NCBI GenBank assembly: GCA_002306075.1
Contig: DBRW01000030.1
Location: forward strand, 8,109-72,108
Reading direction: 5' to 3'
DNA: 64,000 nt
From: Synergistaceae bacterium UBA1358
Lineage (GTDB): Bacteria > Synergistota > Synergistia > Synergistales > Synergistaceae
Under the pieces are notes generated by a model. It had not been told where the DNA came from and did no database searches. It saw only the letters and a program-made list of their open reading frames with translations. A program made the position numbers and the translations under genes. Positions 37,513 through 47,662 of the stretch are shown here, one piece after another; position 1 is the stretch's first letter; every line of letters starts with the position of its first letter.

Positions 37513-38211
37513 GTGGATTTTATAGTCCAGGGATTTTTCCAGTCCATAAGGCTTATCATATCGATGGACGAGGAAACACTGAATGTTGTGATGACAACGC
37601 TGAGCCTGACGGGACTGTCAATGCTCTTCATACTTGGGATCGGGCTGCCGCTGGGCTTTGCCCTCGGATACTTCGATTTCCCGGGAAAGCACTTCTTCAG
37701 GACCGTGGCAGATACCCTTCTTGCCCTCCCTACCGTAGTAGTCGGTCTGTTGGTCTACGCCTTCATCTCGAGAAGAGGACCGCTTGGCGATCTTGAACTC
37801 CTTTTCACCATCAGGGGCATGGCGATAGGCCAGGTGATACTGGGCCTGCCCATTGTCGTTTCCTATACGGCCACAGCCATCGAAGGACTTGACAACAGGC
37901 TGCGCCTCACACTTCAGACCCTTGGCGCCTCAGGCACGAAACTTGCCGTTACCAGCCTCTGGGAAGGCCGCTTCCAGATCCTGGTCGCCGCATTGACCTC
38001 CTATGGAAGGATCATAGGAGAGGTCGGATCCGCTATGATGCTGGGCGGCAATATAAAATGGCACACGAGGACGATAACCACGGCCATAACACTTGAGACG
38101 GGCAAGGGCGATTTCCCGCTGGGCATAGCCCTTGGGATCATACTGATCGCAATATCTTTCGCCCTGAACATCTCGCTCTCCTTCCTCCGAAGAAGAGTGG
38201 GAAACAGCTGA
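37513..38211 (+). CDS. tupB: Tungstate ABC transporter permease
   Basis: LPTVVVGL..Y...SR.GPLG, GEVG..M..GGNI...TRTITTAI.LET.KG. Confidence 0.92.
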   Translation: MDFIVQGFFQSIRLIISMDEETLNVVMTTLSLTGLSMLFILGIGLPLGFALGYFDFPGKHFFRTVADTLLALPTVVVGLLVYAFISRRGPLGDLELLFTIRGMAIGQVILGLPIVVSYTATAIEGLDNRLRLTLQTLGASGTKLAVTSLWEGRFQILVAALTSYGRIIGEVGSAMMLGGNIKWHTRTITTAITLETGKGDFPLGIALGIILIAISFALNISLSFLRRRVGNS

Positions 38212-38249
38212 GAAACACATATCACATAATAACGGAGGCCATCACTGTC

Positions 38250-39092
38250 ATGAGAAAATCAGCACTTGCACTTATCCTGATCCTGCTCCTTTCCGTCCCT
38301 GCATTTGCAGGAACGATCAAACTTTCAAGCACAATCGGTCCCGTAGACGCCGGGATCATCCCCCTTCTTACTGAGACATACAAAGCTAAGACCGGGACCG
38401 ACTTCGTGATCGAAAAAGCCGGGACAGGCGCGACTCTGGAAAAGGCAAAGACCGGAAACTTCGATATGGTCGTTGTACACGCAAGGGCCCTTGAGGACCA
38501 GTTCATAAAGGACGGCTACGGACAGAACCGCCAGGACATAATGTACAATGATTTCGTAATACTCGGCCCCAAGGATGACCCCGCAGGGATCAAAGGGATG
38601 AAGTCCGCCGCTGAGGCCCTCAAGACCATCGCGGCAAAGGGAGCCCCCTTCATCAGCCGCGGCGACATGTCCGGAACCCACGTTGCCGAGATGAACGTCT
38701 GGAAAGCCGCAGGGATCACCCCCGACGGAGAGAAGGACGAGTGGTACACCGTCTTCTCGCTTGGTAAGCTCGGAAACGGCATAACCACAGATTTTGCGAA
38801 TAAGCGCAACGCATACACGATCATGGACAGGGCCACATACCTCACGAAGAAAAAGGGCCTGAGGATAATTCCGCTCGTGGAGGGCGACCCGATCCTTCTT
38901 AACCTGATCGCTGCGATAGAGGTAAGCCCCAAGAGGTTCCCGAAGGTCAACAACGCCGATGTCGCCAAATTTATTAACTGGCTCTGCGACGACGAAGCTC
39001 AGATGATCATCAAGGAGTTCAAGGTCAAGGAGTACGGAGAGCCTCTCTTCTTCCCCAACTCGGATCAGTGGAACAAAAAGCATCCAAAATAA
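38250..39092 (+). CDS. Second TupA-family substrate-binding protein with non-canonical motif
   Basis: MYNDFVILGP.DDPAG and SRGD.SGTH conserved; TTTS replaced by STIG. Confidence 0.87.
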   Translation: MRKSALALILILLLSVPAFAGTIKLSSTIGPVDAGIIPLLTETYKAKTGTDFVIEKAGTGATLEKAKTGNFDMVVVHARALEDQFIKDGYGQNRQDIMYNDFVILGPKDDPAGIKGMKSAAEALKTIAAKGAPFISRGDMSGTHVAEMNVWKAAGITPDGEKDEWYTVFSLGKLGNGITTDFANKRNAYTIMDRATYLTKKKGLRIIPLVEGDPILLNLIAAIEVSPKRFPKVNNADVAKFINWLCDDEAQMIIKEFKVKEYGEPLFFPNSDQWNKKHPK

Positions 39093-39203
39093 CGAAATAA
39101 TATGATCGGCCGGGCCTGACTAAACTCAGGCCCGGCTTCGGAGTCCTTCCCGGATCCGGCAAAGGGAACGGTAAGGACCTGCATAATGACCGGAGGAGAA
39201 ACA

Positions 39204-40235
39204 ATGGGATCAAAGATCATTTACGAGATAAAAAATCTTACCCACAGCTACGGAAAAGGGCCGCAGACCCTTGACATCGACTATCTGAAGATCTGCGAGG
39301 GCAGCGTCACCGGCTTAGTCGGCCCCAACGGAAGCGGCAAATCCACTCTTCTGAGGATCCTGGCCTTTCTGGAGCCGTATACCGGCGGCTCCCTCTCTTT
39401 CGAAGAGTGCTCCGATACCTCCGCCGATGTGGTGGATATCAGAAAAAAAGTCACCTATCTCCTCCAAAATTCCTATCTCCTGAAGCGCTCCGTCTTTGAA
39501 AACATCGCTTACGGACTGAGGCTGAGAAATGAGACGGAAGACCTCACCGAAAGGGTACATGATTCCCTCGAACGGGTGGGGCTGTCCCCGAAAAAATTTG
39601 CACAGAGGCCCTGGTACAGGCTCTCAGGGGGAGAAGTACAGCGCGTGGCTCTGGCCGCAAGGCTGGCGTTACACCCAAAGGTCCTCATCCTTGACGAACC
39701 TACCGCCAACGTCGATGAATCCAGCGCCCTGCTGGTCAAAAATGCCGCGGTCTCAGCCTGGAAAGAGTGGGGTACTACGGTAATAGTCGCCACCCATGAC
39801 CTCGCGTGGCTGACCGAGGTCTCTACTGACATAATAAGCCTCTATCGCGGCAGGATAGTGGGACATGGGACAGAAAATCTCGTTCACGGGCCGTGGATTA
39901 GGGAGAACGGAAGCGTTGTCCGGGAACTTTCGGACGGACAGAAGATCCATGCTCTTTCATCGGGCAGAGAGGACCACAGCGCCGTAGTCATAAATCCTTC
40001 GGATATTTCGGTCCACCGCATTCCGTCAGGACCTGTCACGGAAATGAACATCCTTAAAGGTACGGTAACTAGCATGACGCTCGAAAGAGCGACCGGATGC
40101 GCGCTTATTTCAGTCCAGGTCGGTGATATCGTCCTGAAGTCACGTATGACCGTAGACAAAATGAAGGAAGATATGATCTCCCCGGCTTCGGAGGTCATAC
40201 TCACATTTTCGCCGGAAAACGTACGCTGGATATAG
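39204..40235 (+). CDS. tupC: Tungstate ABC transporter ATP-binding protein with TOBE-like C-terminus
   Basis: GPNGSGKS, LSGGE.QRVALA, LDEPTANVD; operon context. Confidence 0.88.
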   Translation: MGSKIIYEIKNLTHSYGKGPQTLDIDYLKICEGSVTGLVGPNGSGKSTLLRILAFLEPYTGGSLSFEECSDTSADVVDIRKKVTYLLQNSYLLKRSVFENIAYGLRLRNETEDLTERVHDSLERVGLSPKKFAQRPWYRLSGGEVQRVALAARLALHPKVLILDEPTANVDESSALLVKNAAVSAWKEWGTTVIVATHDLAWLTEVSTDIISLYRGRIVGHGTENLVHGPWIRENGSVVRELSDGQKIHALSSGREDHSAVVINPSDISVHRIPSGPVTEMNILKGTVTSMTLERATGCALISVQVGDIVLKSRMTVDKMKEDMISPASEVILTFSPENVRWI

Positions 40236-40355
40236 GTACTTCTGCTTACCAATCAGTTCCCTCTTTAAGTGAAAATAATGTAGAATGGTATGGTGTTGCA
40301 GCAGACGGGAACTTCCCTCTGCTGCTGATGATCAGTGTGAGAGGATGATATTAGC

Positions 40356-42182
40356 ATGTGCGGCATCATGGGCTATATTGGAGAGAGAGACACTACAAAG
40401 ATTATCCTGGAAGGGCTCGCTAAGCACGAATACAGGGGTTATGACTCCGCGGGAATAGCAGTAATAAAAGAAGGCACGATACATGAGCTCCGTACGACCG
40501 GAAGGGTCCAGCATCTGGCAGAGAAGGTCTCGGCAGAAAATTTCAACGGCGATTTCGGGATAGGCCACACAAGGTGGGCTACCCACGGAGGGGTCACCGA
40601 AAACAATGCCCACCCGCACCTCAGCAGCGACAAGAGGGTCGTCCTGGTCCATAACGGCATAATTGAGAACGCCAGGGAGATACGTGCCGATCTGGAGGCG
40701 CAAGGTATAAAATTCCATACTGAAACTGATACCGAATCGGCAGTACAGTATCTAGCGAGTGTCTACCGCGGCGATCCCAAGGAAGCGATAGTAAAACTTA
40801 CAAAGAGAATAAGAGGCGCTTTCGCCCTTGTTATAATGTTCCACGATAAACCGAACGAAATATGGGTGGCAAGAAAAGGTTCTCCTCTGGTCGTAGGACA
40901 TGCGGGCAAAGAGGGTTTCTGTGCATCCGACCCCACCGCTCTTCTGGAATTCACCAGAGATGTCTGGTTTATGGAAGACGATGAGATTGCCAGGATCTCA
41001 AAAGAGGACTGCATCTTCTACGATTTCGACGGGAACCGGCACGATAAGGAATCGATGCATCTGGATTGGGATGCGGCCATGACAACAAGGGGCAGCTATC
41101 CCCACTTCATGCTCAAGGAGATACACGAGCAGCCGGAAGTCGTTGCCCATACACTTCTCGGAAGGGTCGCCTCCAACAAGGTGGATCTCAGCCATGAGCT
41201 GGACTGGACAGCAGAACAGATAGCGGGCTGGAAGAAGATACATTTCGTTGCATGCGGGACCTCCCACTACGCCACTATGGTGGCTGCGCGCATCATGGAA
41301 GAGCTCGGCAGCTTCGAGATAAGGACAGAGGTGGCATCGGAATACCGTTACCGGAACATCCCGATAGGCCCGGACACCCTTGCGGTCTTCGTCTCCCAGT
41401 CCGGTGAGACAGCCGATACGCTCCACGCCGCGAGGCTCGCCAAAGCTAAGGGAGCCAAATGCATCGTTATCACCAATGTGCGCGGGTCCACTATCCACAG
41501 GGAAGTGGGCGAGGGTTTGATAACGCCGGCCGGTCCAGAGATCGGAGTAGCGGCCACAAAGACTTTCATGGCGCAGATAACGGTGCTCACGCTTCTGGGG
41601 CTCCATCTCTCAAAAATGAAAAACGAACTGAGGCCGGAGACCGAACAAAGGATCGTCTCGGCGCTCATGGACATACCCGCAAAGCTGGATTCCATACTGA
41701 GAAGGGAAAAGGAGATCGAGGAGATCGCGAGAAATTTCGCGGATGCCAGAGGGTTCTTCTTCATCGGCAGGGGGCTGGCATACCCGCCCGCACTGGAGGG
41801 CGCGCTCAAGCTCAAGGAGATCTCTTACCTGCATGCGGAGGCTTATCCGGCAGGAGAGATGAAGCACGGCCCCATCGCGCTTCTCGATAAGGAACTGCCG
41901 GTCGTCGCTCTGGTACCGAAAAACGACCTCTGGGAAAAGACCGTTTCGAACATTGAGGAATCTATGGCGAGGAAGTCGCCTATAATAGCGATCGCCACGG
42001 AGGGAGACAAAGAGATCGGACACTATTCGAAGAATGTGATGTTCACTCCCGAGACCGAGCCGGAGCTCTTCCCCTTTATCGCAGTCGTCCCCCTGCAGCT
42101 TTTCGCATATTACATCGCAAGGCAGCGCGGCTGTGATATAGATATGCCGAGAAACCTCGCAAAATCTGTGACAGTGGAGTAG
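40356..42182 (+). CDS. glmS: Glutamine--fructose-6-phosphate transaminase
   Basis: MCGI.G, EYRGYDSAG, GHTRWATHG, SQSGETAD, PRNLAKSVTVE. Confidence 0.98.
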   Translation: MCGIMGYIGERDTTKIILEGLAKHEYRGYDSAGIAVIKEGTIHELRTTGRVQHLAEKVSAENFNGDFGIGHTRWATHGGVTENNAHPHLSSDKRVVLVHNGIIENAREIRADLEAQGIKFHTETDTESAVQYLASVYRGDPKEAIVKLTKRIRGAFALVIMFHDKPNEIWVARKGSPLVVGHAGKEGFCASDPTALLEFTRDVWFMEDDEIARISKEDCIFYDFDGNRHDKESMHLDWDAAMTTRGSYPHFMLKEIHEQPEVVAHTLLGRVASNKVDLSHELDWTAEQIAGWKKIHFVACGTSHYATMVAARIMEELGSFEIRTEVASEYRYRNIPIGPDTLAVFVSQSGETADTLHAARLAKAKGAKCIVITNVRGSTIHREVGEGLITPAGPEIGVAATKTFMAQITVLTLLGLHLSKMKNELRPETEQRIVSALMDIPAKLDSILRREKEIEEIARNFADARGFFFIGRGLAYPPALEGALKLKEISYLHAEAYPAGEMKHGPIALLDKELPVVALVPKNDLWEKTVSNIEESMARKSPIIAIATEGDKEIGHYSKNVMFTPETEPELFPFIAVVPLQLFAYYIARQRGCDIDMPRNLAKSVTVE

Positions 42183-42299
42183 GGTCCCATACAAAGAGAT
42201 ACTTGGGGAGGCTCTTTGCAGGTGGGCAAAATACCCGCCCGGGAGAGCCTCTTTGTTTTGAGGCAGAAGACCGCTGGGACCAGCAAGAGGAGAGAAAAC

Positions 42300-42635
42300 T
42301 TGAAGAATAAGATCATCGCCCTGTTAATGATAGCGTTCATCTGCCTGGCCTCCGTACCGGCCTCTTTTGCCTTCGCGGCAGGAGCCGGGGACAGCGGCTT
42401 TGAGACTTTTCTGTCGGTGCTCAAGGCATGGGGGACATTCCTCGCAAAGATAACGGGCTCCTATGATTCTTTGGAGAACATCGCCCTTTTCTCGAGCATC
42501 GCCCGAGTGTGGCACGATATTGTGACTTCGGACGGATTCAGCCCGGAGAGGCTTTTTGAAGCCCTGCTGCGATGGCTGGGATTTTCGATCATGACGGAGC
42601 CGAAAGTGGGACCTCAGGAGAGCTATTCACTATGA
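42300..42635 (+). CDS. Hypothetical exported or membrane protein
   Basis: SD gaggag, TTG start, signal-like N-terminus; stop overlaps the next ATG. Confidence 0.55.
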   Translation: MKNKIIALLMIAFICLASVPASFAFAAGAGDSGFETFLSVLKAWGTFLAKITGSYDSLENIALFSSIARVWHDIVTSDGFSPERLFEALLRWLGFSIMTEPKVGPQESYSL

Positions 42636-42877
42636 CGGCCTGGGCCTACATCTTAAGGTGCTCGGACGGCACCCTTTACACCGGATGGACCAATGACCTC
42701 GAAAAGCGGCTCGCCGCCCACAACAAAGGGACAGCGTCCAAGTACACGAGAGGCAGGAGGCCGATCGAGCTCGTATGGAAAGAGAGCTTCGAAACAAAGG
42801 AAGAGGCTATGTCAAGAGAGGCATTTATCAAGTCCCTGACAAGGGCAGAAAAGATGATGATACTTAATAATGGATAA
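42632..42877 (+). CDS. GIY-YIG nuclease family protein (UPF0213/YhbQ-like)
   Basis: YILRC.DGTLYTG.TNDL..RL..HN.G..SKYTR.RRP. Confidence 0.88.
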   Translation: MTAWAYILRCSDGTLYTGWTNDLEKRLAAHNKGTASKYTRGRRPIELVWKESFETKEEAMSREAFIKSLTRAEKMMILNNG

Positions 42878-42995
42878 CAAATAATATTTTTGTTGATAAA
42901 CGTACATAGCATGGAGTACAATACAATAGAACTATAATTTATTGTAATGATATTCTGGCAGGATCTGTCTGGATATCCGTGAAGAGGGGTAAAGT

Positions 42996-44282
42996 ATGAA
43001 GGGCCGTACAGATGTGATAGTAGGTGTTCAATGGGGAGACGAAGGCAAGGGACGCGTTGTCGACGCCCTTGCGGGAAGATCTGGTGTGGTAGTCCGCTAT
43101 CAAGGCGGAGCTAACGCGGGACATACCGTCGTAGTAGAAGACGAAAAGTATGTCTTCCACTTACTCCCCTCGGGGATCCTCTATCCCGGCAAGCTCTGCG
43201 TGATAGGAAACGGTGTTGTGATAGACCCCGAGACCCTCTTTGAGGAGCTCGACGATCTTAAGAAGAGGAACAAACCTCTCGCCAGGCTGCTCATAAGCCA
43301 CGGTGCCCATATAGTCATGCCCTACCACAAACTGCTCGACAGACTGGCCGAGAGCGCAAGGTCGGAGGGCAGCAGGATAGGAACGACGGGACGTGGGATT
43401 GGCCCGTGCTACTCCGATAAGTTCGGAAGAGTCGGGATAAGGGCCGAGGACCTCGTAAACCCGGACCTGCTCAAAGAGAAGCTGATGATGAACATCGAGC
43501 AGAAAAATGAGATCCTGACCAAGATCTACGGAGCGGAACCTCTGGAGTTCGATGCTGTATACGAGACTGCACTTGAATGGGGCAAAAGGATGAAGCCAAT
43601 GCTGGGCGATGCGTTCCTCGAGATCCACAACGCGCTCGAAGCAGGGATGAACGTCCTCTTCGAGGGCGCGCAGGGGACTCTTCTCGATGTGGACCACGGG
43701 ACATATCCTTTCGTGACGAGCTCCAGCCCCTGTTCAGGCGGCGCCTGCACGGGAGCCGGGATAGGCCCCGGAAGGATCGACCGGGTGATAGGTGTCACCA
43801 AGGCCTACTGCACCAGGGTCGGAGAAGGTCCCTTCCCCACGGAGGACAAGGGAGCACTCGGGGAGCTGCTCAGGACAAGGGGCGGAGAGTTCGGAGCGAC
43901 GACGGGACGGCCCAGACGGTGCGGGTGGAACGACCTTGTCGCCGTTGATTACGCAGTAAAGATAAACGGGATAGACGGGCTTGCACTGACAAAGCTCGAT
44001 GTCCTCTCGGGATTTGATAAAATTTCCGTATGCACCGCCTACGAGATCGACGGAAAGATCAGAAAGAGCTTCCCGAGCAGCTGTGCCGAGCTGGCAAAAG
44101 CCAGGCCGGTCTTCGAGGAACTCCCCGGGTGGAAAGAGGACATAAGCGGCTGCAGGAGATTCGAGGATCTTCCGGCGGCAGCGCAGGACTATATCAGGTT
44201 CATAGAGGATAGGGTGTCCGCTCCAGTGATACTCATAGGTGTTGGTCAGGGAAGGGAAGATACGATCCTCAGAGGCATCTGA
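42996..44282 (+). CDS. purA: Adenylosuccinate synthetase
   Basis: QWGDEGKG, GGANAGHT, EGAQG.LLD.DHGTYPFVTSS, TTGRPRRCGW. Confidence 0.98.
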   Translation: MKGRTDVIVGVQWGDEGKGRVVDALAGRSGVVVRYQGGANAGHTVVVEDEKYVFHLLPSGILYPGKLCVIGNGVVIDPETLFEELDDLKKRNKPLARLLISHGAHIVMPYHKLLDRLAESARSEGSRIGTTGRGIGPCYSDKFGRVGIRAEDLVNPDLLKEKLMMNIEQKNEILTKIYGAEPLEFDAVYETALEWGKRMKPMLGDAFLEIHNALEAGMNVLFEGAQGTLLDVDHGTYPFVTSSSPCSGGACTGAGIGPGRIDRVIGVTKAYCTRVGEGPFPTEDKGALGELLRTRGGEFGATTGRPRRCGWNDLVAVDYAVKINGIDGLALTKLDVLSGFDKISVCTAYEIDGKIRKSFPSSCAELAKARPVFEELPGWKEDISGCRRFEDLPAAAQDYIRFIEDRVSAPVILIGVGQGREDTILRGI

Positions 44283-44359
44283 AGGAACTGCCGGGGTATT
44301 TGGGGATAAGCCCGCGGGATCTGGCGGCAACGAAAGGCACAAACCTCACAGACATATTT

Positions 44360-44396
44360 AAGAGAGCGGAGGCAAACAGCCTCCGCTCTCTTTTTT
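44360..44396. terminator. Rho-independent terminator after purA
   Basis: aagagagcggaggc-aaaca-gcctccgctctct followed by a T-run. Confidence 0.8.
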
Positions 44397-44466
44397 ATTA
44401 TAGTCGGCTCAATTGGACACAAAACTGCCAGACGATCAAAGCAGCCGGATACCCGTCTGCACCCGG

Positions 44467-44808
44467 TCAGGGCTCTTTGCTTTCATCTTTTCTCAGCGCG
44501 GTAGCGGGGAGTTCGATTATCTCGCCCTCTTCCTCCTCGTCGGCGTCATCTTGTCCGTTTTCCGAGAACACCGGATCGACACGGATATCTTCCGTATCGA
44601 TCACATCGGGGCCTTCCTCCCTGTAAACTTCCCGGGCAAACGGACCGCGCGAGCCTGAAGTATAGATCCTGACCCCGCCGCCGCGCAGCAGCCCCGCGAT
44701 TATCATGGCAAAGATGACCATCCCTGCCAATCCCGCAACAAGTATGACCGCGGGGAATGCAAACCCGAATATCAATGTTCCCAGAAGCAGAAATATCAGA
44801 AGCCTCAT
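44467..44808 (-). CDS. Hypothetical membrane protein (2 TM plus acidic tail)
   Basis: SD ggagagg; hydrophobic N-terminus; follows rlmN. Confidence 0.65.
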   Translation of the reverse strand: MRLLIFLLLGTLIFGFAFPAVILVAGLAGMVIFAMIIAGLLRGGGVRIYTSGSRGPFAREVYREEGPDVIDTEDIRVDPVFSENGQDDADEEEEGEIIELPATALRKDESKEP

Positions 44809-44822
44809 CAGACCTCTCCCCT

Positions 44823-46346
44823 TCAGGACCTCTTCTTCCTTTTATCCTTCGAGGCAGCCCCGGACGCTGTGTTTCTCTTTTTCGGCGCGGATCTTTCCTT
44901 CGCTTCGGGCCTTGTCGCGGCAGTCCTTTTCGGACCTCTTGCCGACTCTCTGGTCCTTCTTTCTCCCTGCGCTGCGGCGCGGTCATCCGCACCGTCACCG
45001 GTCCCAGTCCTGTAAACCGGCCTCTCTTCCTTCATTTTACCGCTTCTGTACCTTTCTTTAGGAGGCAGGTCGGTCTTTCTTTTTTTGTCGAAAGCCAGCC
45101 TTCCGGAGCCCCGTTCATCCACGAAGCCGCCGGACGGTTTCGTACCTACGCGCTCTCTTTTCGGCCCGGCATCGTCGGCCACTTTCACGGAAGGCGAGGG
45201 CGCACCGGCTCTTTTCGGCGCAGCGGTCTCCTTCTTCGGAGGACGTGAGGTTTTCTTTGTTCCCTTATCGCCGGGAGCCGTCCTGGGAGCCGGTTCAAGG
45301 ATGCTCGGTTCCCCGCCTTTCGTCTTTCTTCTCAACTGCCCGCACGCGGCGTCAATATCGCTCCCGAGCTCTTCCCTTATCTCCGTTTCGAAACCGGCAG
45401 TCTCGAGTACGGAGCGGAACTTCAGGATATTTTCGGCAGCGGGTCTCTGATAGCGTCCGTCGACGCTGTTGCAGGGGATGAGGTTGACAAAGACATGGAT
45501 GCCCTTCAGATATCGGACCAGCAGCCTGGCATGTTCAACGCTGTCGTTCACTTCCCCGAAAAGGGCGTATTCTATGGTTATCCTGTTTCCCGTGATCCTC
45601 TGGTAGTCCTGCATAGCCTTCCTCAGATCATCAAGAGGGAAGGTCTCATTCACTGGCATCAGAGTACTCCTCAGCTCGTCCTCGGCGGCGTGCAGCGAGA
45701 CTGCCAGGCGCACTCCGAGCCCGGATCCCGCAAGTTCAAGTATGCCGGGGACTATCCCGGAGGTCGAAATCGCGATATGCCTGATCCCGAGGTTTCTCAT
45801 GCCGGGATCGTTCAGCATCCGCACAGATTTCAGCACGGCCTCGGTGTTGAGGAATGGCTCTCCCATGCCCATGTATACGAGATTGCCTATATCACGCCCG
45901 ACGGCTTTCTCCATGGCAAGGAACTGTCCCGCTATCTCCCCGGCGGAGAGGTTCCTTACATAACCCGAAAGGCCGGTCGCGCAGAACGTGCATCCGAGAG
46001 GGCATCCCACCTGGGTGGAGATGCAGGCCGTAAGTCTCTCTCCCTGCCTCATGAGCACGGATTCGACGCTCTGTCCGTCCCTGAGCTGCCAAAGGTATTT
46101 TCTCGTGCCGTCCCTCTCCGAGCGCTGCTCCTTTATCAGAAGAGGGAGGGCAAAATCTACCTTTTCCACCAGGGCATCCCTGAGAGATTTCGAAAGGTTC
46201 GTCATCTCTTCGGCATCGAATACCCGTTTCTGCCAGATCCACTGACATATCTGGTCGGCACGGAACCTGGGCTGGCCGAACTCCTTGTCAAAGAGCTGCG
46301 ACCATTCGCCCTTATCAAGATCCAAAGCGTAAATTTTGTCGGCCAT
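44823..46346 (-). CDS. rlmN: 23S rRNA/tRNA m2A methyltransferase (radical SAM) with long basic C-terminal tail
   Basis: CISTQVGC..GC.FCATG, MGMGEP, SLHA, DIDAACGQL. Confidence 0.93.
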   Translation of the reverse strand: MADKIYALDLDKGEWSQLFDKEFGQPRFRADQICQWIWQKRVFDAEEMTNLSKSLRDALVEKVDFALPLLIKEQRSERDGTRKYLWQLRDGQSVESVLMRQGERLTACISTQVGCPLGCTFCATGLSGYVRNLSAGEIAGQFLAMEKAVGRDIGNLVYMGMGEPFLNTEAVLKSVRMLNDPGMRNLGIRHIAISTSGIVPGILELAGSGLGVRLAVSLHAAEDELRSTLMPVNETFPLDDLRKAMQDYQRITGNRITIEYALFGEVNDSVEHARLLVRYLKGIHVFVNLIPCNSVDGRYQRPAAENILKFRSVLETAGFETEIREELGSDIDAACGQLRRKTKGGEPSILEPAPRTAPGDKGTKKTSRPPKKETAAPKRAGAPSPSVKVADDAGPKRERVGTKPSGGFVDERGSGRLAFDKKRKTDLPPKERYRSGKMKEERPVYRTGTGDGADDRAAAQGERRTRESARGPKRTAATRPEAKERSAPKKRNTASGAASKDKRKKRS

Positions 46347-47620
46347 TAATTTGCCCAGGGCTCGGCAAGGTCGGGGTAGAGCGGGAATTCTTCCGTAAGT
46401 GCTGCCATGCCGGCCTTTACTTCTTTCTTTATATCTTCGTTGTCGGGAGCGGAAAGGACCTTGTCGATCGCATCGGCGATCGCTTCCATCTCGGTCTCCT
46501 TCATTCCCCTCGTAGTCACAGCCGCTGTCCCGAGCCTCACGCCGCTCGTGACCATCGGTTTGGCGGGGTCAAAGGGTATCATGTTCTTGTTCGCGGTTAT
46601 GCCCACCTCTCCAAGAAGGACTTCCGCCTCTTTGCCCGTCACGTTCCGCGAACGTACGTCGAGCAGGATGAGATGGTTGTCCGTACCTCCCGAAACAAGA
46701 CGGAAACCTCTCTCAGTAAGTGCTTTTGCAAGGGCCGAGGCATTGCTTACGACCTGTGCGGCGTATTTTTTGAATTCATCTGTGCCGGCGAGCATGAAAG
46801 TGACTGCCTTGCCTGCTATCGAATGGACCAGCGGACCTCCCTGTATTCCCGGGAATACTGTCTTGTCAAGGAGCTGGGCGTACTCTTTTTTGCAGAGGAC
46901 GAAGGCTCCCCTTGTGCCTCTGAGCGTCTTGTGGGATGTCGAACTCACGTAATCGGAGTAGGGAGTGGGGTTCGGGTGTACGCCGCCCGCCACAAGACCC
47001 GCTATGTGGGCCATGTCCACAAGCAGTACCGCGCCGACCTCGTCTGCGATCGCCCTGAAACGGGCAAAATCTATGAATCGGGGGTAGGCGCTCGCACCCG
47101 CGACTATCAGCTTGGGCCTGGTCTCCTTCGCAAGCCTCTCGACCTCGTCGTAGTCTATCGTCTCTGTCTCCCTGCTGACCCCGTAGCCGACTATGTTGTA
47201 GAAACGGCCCGAGAAGTTCACGGGGTGGCCGTGAGAAAGGTGTCCGCCGTGGTCAAGCTTCATCGAAAGAACGGTGTCTCCGGGTTCGACTGTCGCGAAG
47301 AATACCGCCTGGTTTGCGCTCGCACCCGCATGGGGCTGGACGTTTGCATGGTCGGAGCCGAATAGCTCACATGCCCTTTTGACCGCAATCTCCTCTATCT
47401 GCTCGACGAATTTGCATCCTCCGTAGTACTTTTTGTATGGATAACCTTCCGCGTATTTATTCGTGAGTATCGATCCCTGTATCTCGAGCAGGGCACGGGG
47501 AACGAAATTTTCCGATGCGATCAGCTCTATATGGACCCTCTGCCTGTCAAGTTCGCTCTTTGTAAGTCCGTATATCTGCTGATCGAGGCTTTTAAGCGTC
47601 TCTGTCATTATTTTATTCAT
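46346..47620 (-). CDS. glyA: Serine hydroxymethyltransferase
   Basis: [43 protein letters not shown]. Confidence 0.97.
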   Translation of the reverse strand: MNKIMTETLKSLDQQIYGLTKSELDRQRVHIELIASENFVPRALLEIQGSILTNKYAEGYPYKKYYGGCKFVEQIEEIAVKRACELFGSDHANVQPHAGASANQAVFFATVEPGDTVLSMKLDHGGHLSHGHPVNFSGRFYNIVGYGVSRETETIDYDEVERLAKETRPKLIVAGASAYPRFIDFARFRAIADEVGAVLLVDMAHIAGLVAGGVHPNPTPYSDYVSSTSHKTLRGTRGAFVLCKKEYAQLLDKTVFPGIQGGPLVHSIAGKAVTFMLAGTDEFKKYAAQVVSNASALAKALTERGFRLVSGGTDNHLILLDVRSRNVTGKEAEVLLGEVGITANKNMIPFDPAKPMVTSGVRLGTAAVTTRGMKETEMEAIADAIDKVLSAPDNEDIKKEVKAGMAALTEEFPLYPDLAEPWAN

Positions 47621-47662
47621 CAATTGCACTCCTTTTTTCTTATTATCTGTCCCATCTCTGCA

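Noticed and set aside
40236-40355. glmS ribozyme upstream of glmS
   Set aside because: No AGCGCC catalytic core and the UTR is too short; only a simple gcagcaga/tctgctgc hairpin is present.
42632-42877. GIY-YIG gene as a homing endonuclease or mobile element
   Set aside because: It is an 81-aa stand-alone UPF0213-type protein with no intron, repeats or DNA-binding extension.
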